A DNA stretch of 64,000 nt, taken from positions 1,984,001-2,048,000 of the forward strand of contig OZ241883.1 in assembly GCA_965203445.1 (NCBI GenBank). The letters are read 5' to 3'. This stretch comes from Candidatus Oxydemutator sp. (GTDB taxonomy: Bacteria; Pseudomonadota; Gammaproteobacteria; Poriferisulfidales; Oxydemutatoraceae). The translations under genes and the position numbers were made by a program. Below, in pieces: positions 31,430-41,172 of this stretch; position 1 is the first letter of the stretch, and each line of letters begins with the position of its first letter. The notes under the pieces are model-generated. The model was not told the origin of the DNA. It ran no database searches and saw only the letters and a list, made by a program, of their open reading frames with translations.

Positions 31430-32392
31430 ATGAGCATACCCAGTCTCAACCGCCTGGCGATGCCGCTGGTAGAGCAGCTATGCGAAAAGCGGGCGCAGCT
31501 TGGCTTGGCCGTCGAACGCACCGCCGACGGCGTGTTGTTGGTGGACGCCGGTATCGTCGCGCGCGGTGGTCTCGAAGCCGGACGTCTGATCGCCGAGATT
31601 TGCTTAGGCGGCCTCGGCAGAGTCACGTTGACGCACGCCGGAGTCTCCCCGAAATGGCCGCTGACGCTGCACGTGCATACCGCGCAGCCGGTGCTGGCGT
31701 GTCTGGCGTCGCAGTACGCGGGCTGGAGCCTGGCGCACGGTGAGGGCCAGGACGCCTTTCACGCGCTGGGGTCGGGGCCGGCGCGCGCGTTGGCGGCGCG
31801 CGAACCGCTGTTCGAGGAATTGGCTTACCAGGACGACGCCGACGGCGCGGTATTGGTGCTCGAAACGGATGCGCCGCCGCCGCCGCCGTTGCTTCGCAGG
31901 ATCGCCGAAAATTGCGGCGTCGCCTGCGAACGCCTGAGCGTCATTTTGACGCCGACGTCGAGCCTGGCGGGCTCGGTGCAGGTGGTTGCCCGCGTCCTCG
32001 AGGTCGGGCTGCACAAGACGCACGAACTTGGTTTTCCATTGGAGGACGTAGCCGACGGCGTCGGCAGCGCGCCGCTGGCGCCGCCGGGCGGTGACTTTGT
32101 GCGGGCGATGGGGCGCACCAACGACGCGATCCTTTTTGCCGGGCGCATACACTTGTTCGTCCGGGGTCGCGCCGACGCCGCGCAAAGACTCGCCGATGCG
32201 CTGCCGAGCAGCACGTCGCGCGACTACGGCAGGCCGTTCGCCGAGGTGTTCAGGCGTTACGACCACGACTTCTTCAAAATCGATCCGACGTTGTTCAGCC
32301 CGGCGCAAGTGGCGGTGACGCACCTGCCGAGCGGCCGTACTTTCCACGCTGGTGCCGTCGCCCTCGACTTGCTCGACCAGTCGTTCGCGTAA
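31430..32392 (+). CDS. mch: Methenyl-H4MPT cyclohydrolase
   Basis: Motifs EICLGGLG, ACLASQYAGW, GSGPARA, MGRTNDA and KIDP.LFSPA. Confidence 0.96.
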   Translation: MSIPSLNRLAMPLVEQLCEKRAQLGLAVERTADGVLLVDAGIVARGGLEAGRLIAEICLGGLGRVTLTHAGVSPKWPLTLHVHTAQPVLACLASQYAGWSLAHGEGQDAFHALGSGPARALAAREPLFEELAYQDDADGAVLVLETDAPPPPPLLRRIAENCGVACERLSVILTPTSSLAGSVQVVARVLEVGLHKTHELGFPLEDVADGVGSAPLAPPGGDFVRAMGRTNDAILFAGRIHLFVRGRADAAQRLADALPSSTSRDYGRPFAEVFRRYDHDFFKIDPTLFSPAQVAVTHLPSGRTFHAGAVALDLLDQSFA

Positions 32393-33292
32393 ATGACGGA
32401 GGTGCACGCTGTTGTGCACGTCGCGCTGGTCGCCGACGAATGCGGTTGGCACTGCGAGACCCTCGAACGCGCTTTTGCCGAGCGCGGTTGTCGCGTCACG
32501 CGCGTGGCGCTGGCGGCGTGCGAGTTCGGCGGCGACGGCGTCATCCTGCCGGGTTTCGCACCAACGCGACCCGACGGCGTCTTTGTCCGGGGCGTGCCCG
32601 CCGGCTCGCTGCAATCGGTGGTTTTTTGCCTCGACGTGCTGCATGCGCTCGGTGAAGACGGCGTGCTCGTGTACAACGACGCGCGCATGATAGAGCGCAG
32701 CGTGGACAAGACGATGACCAGTTTTCTGCTGCGTCGCGCCGAGGTGCCGACGCCGCCGGCGTGGTCCTTCGCCGGGGCCGAGCGCGCCCGCGAATTCGCG
32801 GCGCGGCGCGTGCGTTCGGGCGCCGCGCTGGTGTGGAAACCGGTATTCGGCTCGCAGGGCAAGGGACTGCGCCTGATCGGGCGCGGTGCCCCGATGCCCG
32901 ACTTCGACGACGAGGAGCAGGTGTATTATTTCCAGGAATTCATCGAAAGCCTGGGGCCGGGCTTCAGCGATTGGCGAGTCTTCGTGATCGGCGGCAGGGC
33001 GGTCGCCGGCATGAAGCGCATCGGCGCGACCTGGATCAACAACGTGGCCAACGGCGCGGACTGTCGCGGCACCGAAATCAGCGCCGAGATGGCCGGCCTG
33101 GCCGAACGGGCCGCCGCCGCCATCGGCATGTTCTACGCCGGTGTTGATTTGATCCATGACCGGGAACGGCGGTGGTGGGTGACCGAAGTCAACAGCATTC
33201 CCGCCTGGCGCGGTTTGCAGGGGGTGACGACGACGAATATCGCCGCCCGTCTGGTAGCAGACTTCCTGCGCCTTCGAGAGGCGCGCGAATAG
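32393..33292 (+). CDS. Orf5-like RimK-family ATP-grasp ligase (cofactor glutamylation)
   Basis: Motifs VDK..TS, KP.FGSQGKG, DWRVFV, YAGVD and EVNSIPAW.GLQ. Confidence 0.9.
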   Translation: MTEVHAVVHVALVADECGWHCETLERAFAERGCRVTRVALAACEFGGDGVILPGFAPTRPDGVFVRGVPAGSLQSVVFCLDVLHALGEDGVLVYNDARMIERSVDKTMTSFLLRRAEVPTPPAWSFAGAERAREFAARRVRSGAALVWKPVFGSQGKGLRLIGRGAPMPDFDDEEQVYYFQEFIESLGPGFSDWRVFVIGGRAVAGMKRIGATWINNVANGADCRGTEISAEMAGLAERAAAAIGMFYAGVDLIHDRERRWWVTEVNSIPAWRGLQGVTTTNIAARLVADFLRLREARE

Positions 33293-33314
33293 CCGGGAGA
33301 GATTCGGGAATATC

Positions 33315-34181
33315 TTGCAGGAAGACTCTCTAAGCTCCCGTATGGCGGCATTTTTTCGCGGGGCCTGCGAAACCGACGTCAAGGCGTTGAAGCCCGGCAA
33401 CGTCGGCGCGCATCGGGCCGGACACGGCATGCGTTGGCAGGACTTCAGCGCCAGCGCTGCGGCCTGCGCCGAGCCATTGTGCCGCTCGCGGGCGACGTTA
33501 GGGGAGCGCATCCTGGCGGCGATTCAGGCGACGCGCCGGGTCGTCTCCCAGAATACGAACCTTGGCATCGTGCTGCTGTGCGCGCCGCTTGCGCACGCGA
33601 TGTTTCAGCGGCGTGCGGCGCAATCGTTGCGAGACGCCGTCGCCGAGGTTCTGGACGACACTACGGTCGAGGACGCGGTGCAGGCGTATCGCGCCATTCG
33701 CATGGCCGAAGCGGGAGGATTGGGGCGCGTGCCACACCTCGACGTCGCGCGGGAGCCGGACGTGAATCTGCGCGAAACGATGCGCGCGGCGTGCCGGCGC
33801 GACCGGATAGCCGCGCAATATGTCAATGATTACCGTGAAATTTTTGAATATGGCGCACCGTTGCTGCTTGAGTTTCGGTCGAAATGGGGTGATAATGCCG
33901 ACTGGCCTGCCGTCGGCGTCTATTTGACGCTGCTGGCGGAATATCCGGACAGCCTGGTTGTTCGCAAGCACGGAGCGAAAGAAGCGGAAGCGATAAGCCG
34001 CGAAGCCGCGCCGTTGCAAAGTCAGCTGGCCCGAAGCGAGGAGCCCGAGAAATTCAGGCGACGCTTTCTGACCCTGGACGCCGACCTCAAACGACGAGGT
34101 CTCAATCCGGGGACTACGGCCGATGTGACCGTCGCCAGCATTTTTGCCGCTGATCTGGAACAGATGATCTCAACCCAATAA
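33315..34181 (+). CDS. Orf7-like CitG/triphosphoribosyl-dephospho-CoA synthase family protein
   Basis: Motifs DV.A.KPGNV, NTNLGI.LL.AP and NPGTTAD. An alternative ATG lies at 33342. Confidence 0.9.
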   Translation: MQEDSLSSRMAAFFRGACETDVKALKPGNVGAHRAGHGMRWQDFSASAAACAEPLCRSRATLGERILAAIQATRRVVSQNTNLGIVLLCAPLAHAMFQRRAAQSLRDAVAEVLDDTTVEDAVQAYRAIRMAEAGGLGRVPHLDVAREPDVNLRETMRAACRRDRIAAQYVNDYREIFEYGAPLLLEFRSKWGDNADWPAVGVYLTLLAEYPDSLVVRKHGAKEAEAISREAAPLQSQLARSEEPEKFRRRFLTLDADLKRRGLNPGTTADVTVASIFAADLEQMISTQ

Positions 34182-34199
34182 CCAAAGGAGTATTATTCA

Positions 34200-34724
34200 A
34201 TGGCAATTGACAAAGTCATGGTAGGAGAAGCCCTGGTCAATGACAATGATCCTTCCGGCACGATGGCGGAAATCGCGCATATAGACCTGATCATGGGGCC
34301 TCGCGGTTCCGCCGTCGAGACCGCTTTTTGCAACGGTCTGGTCAACAACAAGGACGGCTTCACGTCCCTGCTCGCGGTGATCGCGCCCAACCTGCCGTGC
34401 AAGCCGAACACGATGATGTTCAACAAAGTGACGATCAAGGGCGCCAAGCAGGCGGTGCAGATGTTCGGCCCGGCGCAGACCGCGGTCGCGAAAGCGGTCC
34501 AGGACTGCGTCGCCGAGGGCACGATTCCCCAGAGCGAGGCCGACGACGTATACGTTTGCGTCGGCGTGTTCATCCACTGGGAAGCCGAGAGCAACGAGGC
34601 GATTTACGAAAACAACTACAAGGCTACCAAACTGGCGATCGAAAACGCCGTCAAAGGCGTACCTACCGCGGCCGAAGTTACGGCACAGAAAGACAGTGCC
34701 GAACATCCGTTCAAAGGCTTCTGA
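34200..34724 (+). CDS. fae: Formaldehyde-activating enzyme
   Basis: Motifs GEALV, AHIDL..GPRGS.VETAF, NKVTIK...[10 protein letters not shown] and GVFIHW. A strong AAGGAG SD precedes the start. Confidence 0.97.
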   Translation: MAIDKVMVGEALVNDNDPSGTMAEIAHIDLIMGPRGSAVETAFCNGLVNNKDGFTSLLAVIAPNLPCKPNTMMFNKVTIKGAKQAVQMFGPAQTAVAKAVQDCVAEGTIPQSEADDVYVCVGVFIHWEAESNEAIYENNYKATKLAIENAVKGVPTAAEVTAQKDSAEHPFKGF

Positions 34725-34741
34725 TCCATCTCGCGCCGCAT

Positions 34742-34781
34742 CCTCCCCCCTGACACGGCGACTCCGCCTGCCGGGGGGAGG
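34742..34781 (+). terminator. GC-rich hairpin downstream of fae
   Basis: Inverted repeat CCTCCCCCC...GGGGGGAGG; lacks a U-tract. Confidence 0.35.
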
Positions 34782-34890
34782 GGTCTCGCCGGTGCGAACG
34801 TGCACCGCCGTCGCCGGACGGGTGGGCACGTCGTGCCCGAGACAACTCTGACGGTGGCGTTGCAACGACGCAGTTTCGACTGAGGATTAC

Positions 34891-35433
34891 GTGCTCGTGG
34901 ACGGCGCCGGGGCGCGACTGCGACGGCTCAGAGGGTTGCCGCCGCTGGCGTCCCCCAAGTCCCGTATCCTCATTCTCGGTTCGATGCCGGGCGCGGCGTC
35001 GTTGCAAAAGAGGGAGTACTACGCGCATCCGCGCAATCAGTTCTGGGGCATCATGGAACGCTTGTTCGGCATCGCCCGGGATCTTCCGTACGCCGAGCGA
35101 TGCCGCCGGTTGGGCGATTGCGGCGTCGCCGTGTGGGACGTGGTCGGCCGTTGCCGGCGTCGCGGCAGTCTCGATACCGACATCGCCGAATCTTCCGTCG
35201 TCGTCAACGGTCTGGCGGCGTTTCTCAGGCGCCACCGTTGTATCCGTCGCATTTTTTTCAACGGCGCGAAATCCGAGCACATCTACGTCCGCCGTGTACT
35301 CGCGGACGTTGAGAAAATCGGGCGTCCGATGGAATACCGGCGCCTGCCCTCGACCAGCCCGGCGCATGCGGCTCTGTCGGCGGCGGAAAAATTGCGGCAG
35401 TGGCGGATCGTCGCCGAGCATGCGCGTCCCTGA
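34891..35433 (+). CDS. UDG-superfamily DNA glycosylase (hypoxanthine/deoxyinosine type)
   Basis: Motifs ILILGSMPG..SL..YYAHPRNQFW, SLD, FNG and LPSTSPA. Confidence 0.9.
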   Translation: MLVDGAGARLRRLRGLPPLASPKSRILILGSMPGAASLQKREYYAHPRNQFWGIMERLFGIARDLPYAERCRRLGDCGVAVWDVVGRCRRRGSLDTDIAESSVVVNGLAAFLRRHRCIRRIFFNGAKSEHIYVRRVLADVEKIGRPMEYRRLPSTSPAHAALSAAEKLRQWRIVAEHARP

Positions 35434-35490
35434 GCCGCGTTTTTGGCGGCGATATTTGACTCAGCCCGGGTTTTCATCGAGCATAACACC

Positions 35491-36144
35491 ATGAAATTCT
35501 TCATAGACACGGCGCGGCTCGACGAGATAGAGCGCGTCGCGGAATTCGGCATACTCGACGGTGTGACCACCAACCCGACGTTGATGGCGAAGGCCGGCAT
35601 ACGCGGCGACAACGCGGTGTACGCGCATTATCGGGCGATCTGCGAAACCGTGGACGGCGACGTCTCGGCGGAGGTAATCAGCACCGACTTCGCCGGCATG
35701 ATGCGCGAGGCGGAGATCCTGGCCGCGCTCGATCCGCGCATCGTCGTCAAAATACCGATGCTGCCAGACGGCGTGCGCGCGCTGCACTCCCTGCGCGGGC
35801 GAGGTATCCGCACCAACTGCACGCTGGTGTTCTCGGCGGCGCAGGCACTGTTCGCGGCCAAGGCCGGCGCCGACTATATCTCGCCTTTCATCGGACGCCT
35901 GGACGACGTCGCCGAATCGGGGTCGGAATTGATACGGCGGCTCGTGCGCATCTTCGGGAATTATTCGTTCGACGGCGCGATACTCGCGGCCTCGATCCGT
36001 AGTCCCCGGCACGTCGTCCAGTGCGCCGAAGCCGGCGCCCACGTCGTCACTTGCCCGTACGCGGTGTTCGAGGCCATGTTCCAACATCCGCTGACCGCCT
36101 CCGGCCTTCGGAAGTTCCTGGAAGATCACGAAGCAAGCAGATGA
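35491..36144 (+). CDS. tal: Small (Fsa/TalC-type) transaldolase
   Basis: Motifs FFIDTA, GVTTNP and VKIP. Glu in SAEV and Phe in SPFIGR favour transaldolase over fructose-6-phosphate aldolase. Confidence 0.85.
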   Translation: MKFFIDTARLDEIERVAEFGILDGVTTNPTLMAKAGIRGDNAVYAHYRAICETVDGDVSAEVISTDFAGMMREAEILAALDPRIVVKIPMLPDGVRALHSLRGRGIRTNCTLVFSAAQALFAAKAGADYISPFIGRLDDVAESGSELIRRLVRIFGNYSFDGAILAASIRSPRHVVQCAEAGAHVVTCPYAVFEAMFQHPLTASGLRKFLEDHEASR

Positions 36145-36151
36145 ATTCACC

Positions 36152-36766
36152 TTGAAAAAGAACTCATCCAAAAGAGCCGCAGCGGGCGACGAAGACCGCG
36201 AGCGCGCCGCACAACCGAAGTTCACGGCGTTCACGATCAAGGCGGACGGAGCGATGGCGGTCGTCCTGCTCGACGTCGAAATCAGTCCGGTGCCGGCACC
36301 GGGCAGGGTGCCGCCGCCCGAAGCGATGCACAAGTGCCGGGCGGCGTGGAACACCGGGATCCGCCGCTCGCGCGTCTCCGGCAAAATCATCCGGACGCTG
36401 GGCTTGCAGCCTCGCCGGGGCGACGGGCGGGAAACCACCGAGCAATACCTGGTGGATATTTATCTACCAAACAGGATTCGTTTCACCTCGGTCGTCGCCG
36501 ACAAGATGGAAGACGTGAACGCCGGGGTCGCGGTGGAGTGCATGATCGGCATGGACATCATCCGTCACGGCGATTGCAGCGTCTCCCATCGGAACGGGAA
36601 GACCATGTTTTCGTTCCGCGTGCCGTCTCTCGGCGGCGTGGATTACGTCGAATTGGCGCCGGCGCCCGCCAAGCGCGACGTGGTGACGGTGATGGCACGG
36701 CGCAACCAGATGTGTCCTTGCGGCAGCGGCAAGCGCTACAAGAATTGCTGCGGCAAGTTCGTATAG
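36152..36766 (+). CDS. Retropepsin-like domain plus C-terminal SEC-C zinc motif
   Basis: AAWNTG at the DTG position, IGMDII..GD, and RNQMCPCGSGKRYKNCC. Confidence 0.75.
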   Translation: MKKNSSKRAAAGDEDRERAAQPKFTAFTIKADGAMAVVLLDVEISPVPAPGRVPPPEAMHKCRAAWNTGIRRSRVSGKIIRTLGLQPRRGDGRETTEQYLVDIYLPNRIRFTSVVADKMEDVNAGVAVECMIGMDIIRHGDCSVSHRNGKTMFSFRVPSLGGVDYVELAPAPAKRDVVTVMARRNQMCPCGSGKRYKNCCGKFV

Positions 36767-36785
36767 CCGGCGGCCAGGGAACGGG

Positions 36786-38237
36786 TTACAGGCGGCGTTT
36801 CATCGCTTCCCACAATTCGGTGATTGCGGCGCGCTTGTCTCTGATGCGCGCGTGCGCGGCGCGATCGGCGTCGCGCGCCCCTTCGGCCAGCCGCAACTGT
36901 TGCAACGCGAGCGCAAAGCGGCCGTGCAACGAATAGTAGTCGGCGAGGTGCTCATGCCCCAGGCTTTCGCGTTTGAGCGCGGCCGCGGCTCGTGCGCTGA
37001 GCCGGTGTAACTGAGGGTGATAACGAAACGACGCCTTGACCGTGCGCAGGCGGTCGAGCGCCCGACGGGCCTCGCCGCTCTCGATCAGGCACACGGCAAG
37101 GTAGTAGTTGACGCTGGTCCTTCCCGGATGCAGCTCATTCAATTCGGCAAACAGGTGCCGCGCCTTGCGGTAGTCGCCCCGCGCAACGTGCGCCTGGCCC
37201 AGCGCCAGCATGAGCGGCAGCCCGCGCTCTGCCCGCGGGACGCGCTCGAGCGTCTGCAATGCCTCGCGGGCGAGGCCGCGTTGCGCCAGCGCGACGCCTT
37301 CGCGGTACAGCCGCAGCGAGGCAGTCTCGGTTTCGCCGGGCGCCGGCGCGGCGTCACGCAACGCGCGCAGGCGCGCCCGGATGTAGCGGAACTCCCTGCT
37401 GTCGCGGTGCAGGTTCTCGGGGTAATCTGCGACGCGCGCCTCGGCGTCGCGCAGGCGCTCCAGCGTCAACGGGTGGGTGCGCAGAAACTCCGGCACTTGG
37501 CGCCGCCCCTCCCGCGCCTGCAGCTTTGAGAAAAAACGCGGCACGCCGCGCGGATTGATTCGAGCCGCGGCCATCAGGCGTATGGCCGCGGCGTCGGCCT
37601 CACGCTCGAAGCCGCGCGTATAACTCAGTCGCCGGTCCATCGGCAGCGCGGTGCCGGCGAAAGTGGCGAGCTGCGCAAGTTCCGGGTTGTAGGCGCCGGC
37701 CATCAGCCCGGCGATCATCACCAGCGCGCCGGCCCAGCTGGTGGTTTCCAGCTTGGTGTTCAGGCGCGCAATGTGGCGCAAGGTAACGTGCGAGATCTCA
37801 TGCGCGACGACCGCGGCCAGTTCGCTCTCGTCGTCGGCGAACAGCATTAACCCCTCGTTGATCGTAACGACGCCGCCCGGCGTCGCGAACGCGTTGATCG
37901 CGCGTTCGGCCACCGGCAGGAAATGAAAATCGAGCCGGTTGTCGGTCTTTTGCGACAGCAGCCGCAGACCGAGCGTGCGCAGGTATTCCTGCACTTCGAC
38001 GTCGTCGGTCACCGGCAGGCGCGCGCGTACCTGCGCGAGGATCGCGCGGCCCAGTTTTTTCTCGTCGGCAAGACTGAGCGCGGAGTAGGAGGGGTCGCCG
38101 ATTTCCGGCAGCGGCCGCCGCGCTTCGGCGTACGCGCCGGCGGGCGCTCCGGCGAAGGCCGTCTGCGCCAGCGCGAGCGTCAGCGCGATTCCGACGCGCG
38201 CGGCGCCGCCCGGAACCATCCTGTCATCGCCGTCCAT
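36786..38237 (-). CDS. bepA: M48 metalloprotease with TPR repeats (BepA/YfgC)
   Basis: Motifs LPEIG, INAFATPGG, HEISH, E.EAD and FLRTHP. Confidence 0.88.
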   Translation of the reverse strand: MDGDDRMVPGGAARVGIALTLALAQTAFAGAPAGAYAEARRPLPEIGDPSYSALSLADEKKLGRAILAQVRARLPVTDDVEVQEYLRTLGLRLLSQKTDNRLDFHFLPVAERAINAFATPGGVVTINEGLMLFADDESELAAVVAHEISHVTLRHIARLNTKLETTSWAGALVMIAGLMAGAYNPELAQLATFAGTALPMDRRLSYTRGFEREADAAAIRLMAAARINPRGVPRFFSKLQAREGRRQVPEFLRTHPLTLERLRDAEARVADYPENLHRDSREFRYIRARLRALRDAAPAPGETETASLRLYREGVALAQRGLAREALQTLERVPRAERGLPLMLALGQAHVARGDYRKARHLFAELNELHPGRTSVNYYLAVCLIESGEARRALDRLRTVKASFRYHPQLHRLSARAAAALKRESLGHEHLADYYSLHGRFALALQQLRLAEGARDADRAAHARIRDKRAAITELWEAMKRRL

Positions 38238-38346
38238 GCCGCTATGATACCGGATGGAAAGTTGCGTTTTACCGCGTCATCGAATATAAAACCGTCGGGG
38301 AAACCCAGTTGTTCACGCAAACCAGATACAAACAAGGAAACGACAA

Positions 38347-38577
38347 ATGCCAGAATTCGACCAGGAGCTCGACACCTGCGGGCTGAACTGCCCGATGCCG
38401 ATTTTGAAAGCGAAGAAAGCGCTTGCAGGGATGGAGCAGGAGCAGGTGCTGCGCGTCATCGCAACCGACCCCGGCGCGGTCAAAGATTTCGAGGCTTTCG
38501 CCAAACAGACCGGAAACGGCCTACTCGAATCGCGCGCCGAGGACGGCAAATTCTACTTCCTGCTGAAAAAAGCCTAG
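38347..38577 (+). CDS. tusA: Sulfurtransferase TusA/SirA family
   Basis: Motifs LD..GLNCPMP and TDPG...DF. Confidence 0.88.
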   Translation: MPEFDQELDTCGLNCPMPILKAKKALAGMEQEQVLRVIATDPGAVKDFEAFAKQTGNGLLESRAEDGKFYFLLKKA

Positions 38578-38609
38578 GCGAGGGGCCTGGGCGCCCAAAA
38601 AGCAAACCT

Positions 38610-39137
38610 TTGCCGGTGGCGCCAATCGTATCAAGCTCGAAACACGTGCTCTCGATTCTGCTCGCCAACGAGGCGGGCGTTTTGACCCGTGTCTCGGGGT
38701 TGTTTTCGGCGAGGGGCTATAATATCGAGTCGCTGGTCGTCGCGCCGACCAACGATCCGGCTTTTTCACGCATGACCATAGTCACGGTCGGTGGCGACGA
38801 ACTCGCGGTGCAGGTGATAAAGCAATTGCACAAACTGGTGGACGTGGTCGCGGTCTCCGACCTCGGCGCCGACAGGCACGTGGAGCGCGAGACCCTGCTG
38901 ATCAAAGTCGCCTGCGACGACAGCGTCGCCGACCGCTCAAAACTCGGTGCATTGGCCGGCGAGCACGGCGCCAGCGTCATAGAGTGTATCAGCCGCGCTT
39001 GCATCATGCAGATGACCGCATCGAGCCGGCAGATAGATTATTTTATTGCGACGATGGAAAAACGACGCAGTATTCTCGAAATCGCGCGTTCCGGCGTTAT
39101 CAGCCTGAGCCGCGACGACTCGACTCTGGAAGCGTAA
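38610..39137 (+). CDS. ilvH: Acetolactate synthase small (regulatory) subunit
   Basis: Motifs NEAGVL.RVSGLFSARGYNIESL, KQL.KL.DV and EIARSG. The start (TTG 38610 or GTG 38616) is inferred. Confidence 0.92.
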   Translation: MPVAPIVSSSKHVLSILLANEAGVLTRVSGLFSARGYNIESLVVAPTNDPAFSRMTIVTVGGDELAVQVIKQLHKLVDVVAVSDLGADRHVERETLLIKVACDDSVADRSKLGALAGEHGASVIECISRACIMQMTASSRQIDYFIATMEKRRSILEIARSGVISLSRDDSTLEA

Positions 39138-40184
<1,047 letters not shown>

Positions 40185-40186
40185 GC

Positions 40187-40966
40187 ATGCACAAACCCGG
40201 CCGCGGCATCTACCTGCTGCCTAATCTGATCACCGCGAGTTCGCTGTTGATCGGTTTCTTCGCCGCGATCAAGGCCTTCAACGGATACTTCGAGGTGGCC
40301 GCGATCGCGCTGCTGGTGTGCGTCGTGCTCGACAGCCTCGACGGCAACGTTGCGCGTCTGACGCGCACGACCAGCCGCTTCGGCGCCGAGTTCGACAGCC
40401 TGACCGACGTCGTCGTGTTCGGCTGCATCCCGGCGCTGGTCATCTACAACTGGTCGCTGGCGACGATAGCCGAACTGGGATGGCTGTGGGCCAAGCTCGG
40501 CTGGCTCGTGGCGTTTTTCTACACGGTCGCGACCGCGCTGCGGCTGGCCCGTTTCAACTCGCAGATCACGTCGTCGGAAAAGTCGTTTTTTCGCGGTCTG
40601 CCGTGCCCGGCCGCGGCGACCCTGATGATGAGCTTCGTCTGGTTGTCGCAGGAGACGGGGTATTCCGGCGGCGACGTCGCGTGGTGGAGTTTCGCGCTGA
40701 TGGTGCTCGCCGGCGCGGCCATGGTCAGCAATTTCAGCTACTACAGCCTGCAGGGCGTCAACCTGAAGAGCCGCGTCCCCTTCATCGCGCTGCTGGCCGT
40801 CGTCGCCGGCCTGATCCTGGCCGCGATAGACCTGCCCAAGTTTCTGTTTTTCCTGGCGCTGCTGTACATTGCTTCCGGGCCTTTGCTGTACGCGTTGCGC
40901 CTGGCCAAAAAAAACCTGTCGCGCCGCCGCAACGCCAATGAGGATCTGCCGGACCGGCGCACGTGA
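40187..40966 (+). CDS. pssA: CDP-diacylglycerol--serine O-phosphatidyltransferase
   Basis: GIYLLPN, CDP-alcohol motif D.LDG.VAR......FG.EFDSL.D, RLARFN and F.GLP.P. Confidence 0.94.
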   Translation: MHKPGRGIYLLPNLITASSLLIGFFAAIKAFNGYFEVAAIALLVCVVLDSLDGNVARLTRTTSRFGAEFDSLTDVVVFGCIPALVIYNWSLATIAELGWLWAKLGWLVAFFYTVATALRLARFNSQITSSEKSFFRGLPCPAAATLMMSFVWLSQETGYSGGDVAWWSFALMVLAGAAMVSNFSYYSLQGVNLKSRVPFIALLAVVAGLILAAIDLPKFLFFLALLYIASGPLLYALRLAKKNLSRRRNANEDLPDRRT

Positions 40967-41010
40967 ACCGATTGCATGGACGCGCTCTCCTCATCCTCGT
41001 CGCGCACTAA
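40963..41010 (+). promoter_or_regulatory. Putative branched-chain amino acid leader peptide (MNRLHGRALLILVAH)
   Basis: The GTG start overlaps the pssA stop (GTGA). The codon run is CTC CTC ATC CTC GTC, then GCG CAC TAA. Confidence 0.45.
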
Positions 41011-41172
41011 GAACAAGGCATAACCGCATGCCGCCGGATTCATCCTGACGACTGCGCCGGACACCGCGACACGGCGCGTCCGTGCACCGCAAAAGTCCGC
41101 CACAAAGTCCGGCGGTTCGCTGACGAAAGAGAGGAGGCGGGGGTGGGAATGGTGAAAGGGGCGTGGGCAGCG

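Noticed and set aside
37923-38609. Apparent 404-aa IlvH fusion
   Set aside because: The upstream part overlaps bepA (antisense) and tusA (another frame). IlvH similarity starts at about 38640.
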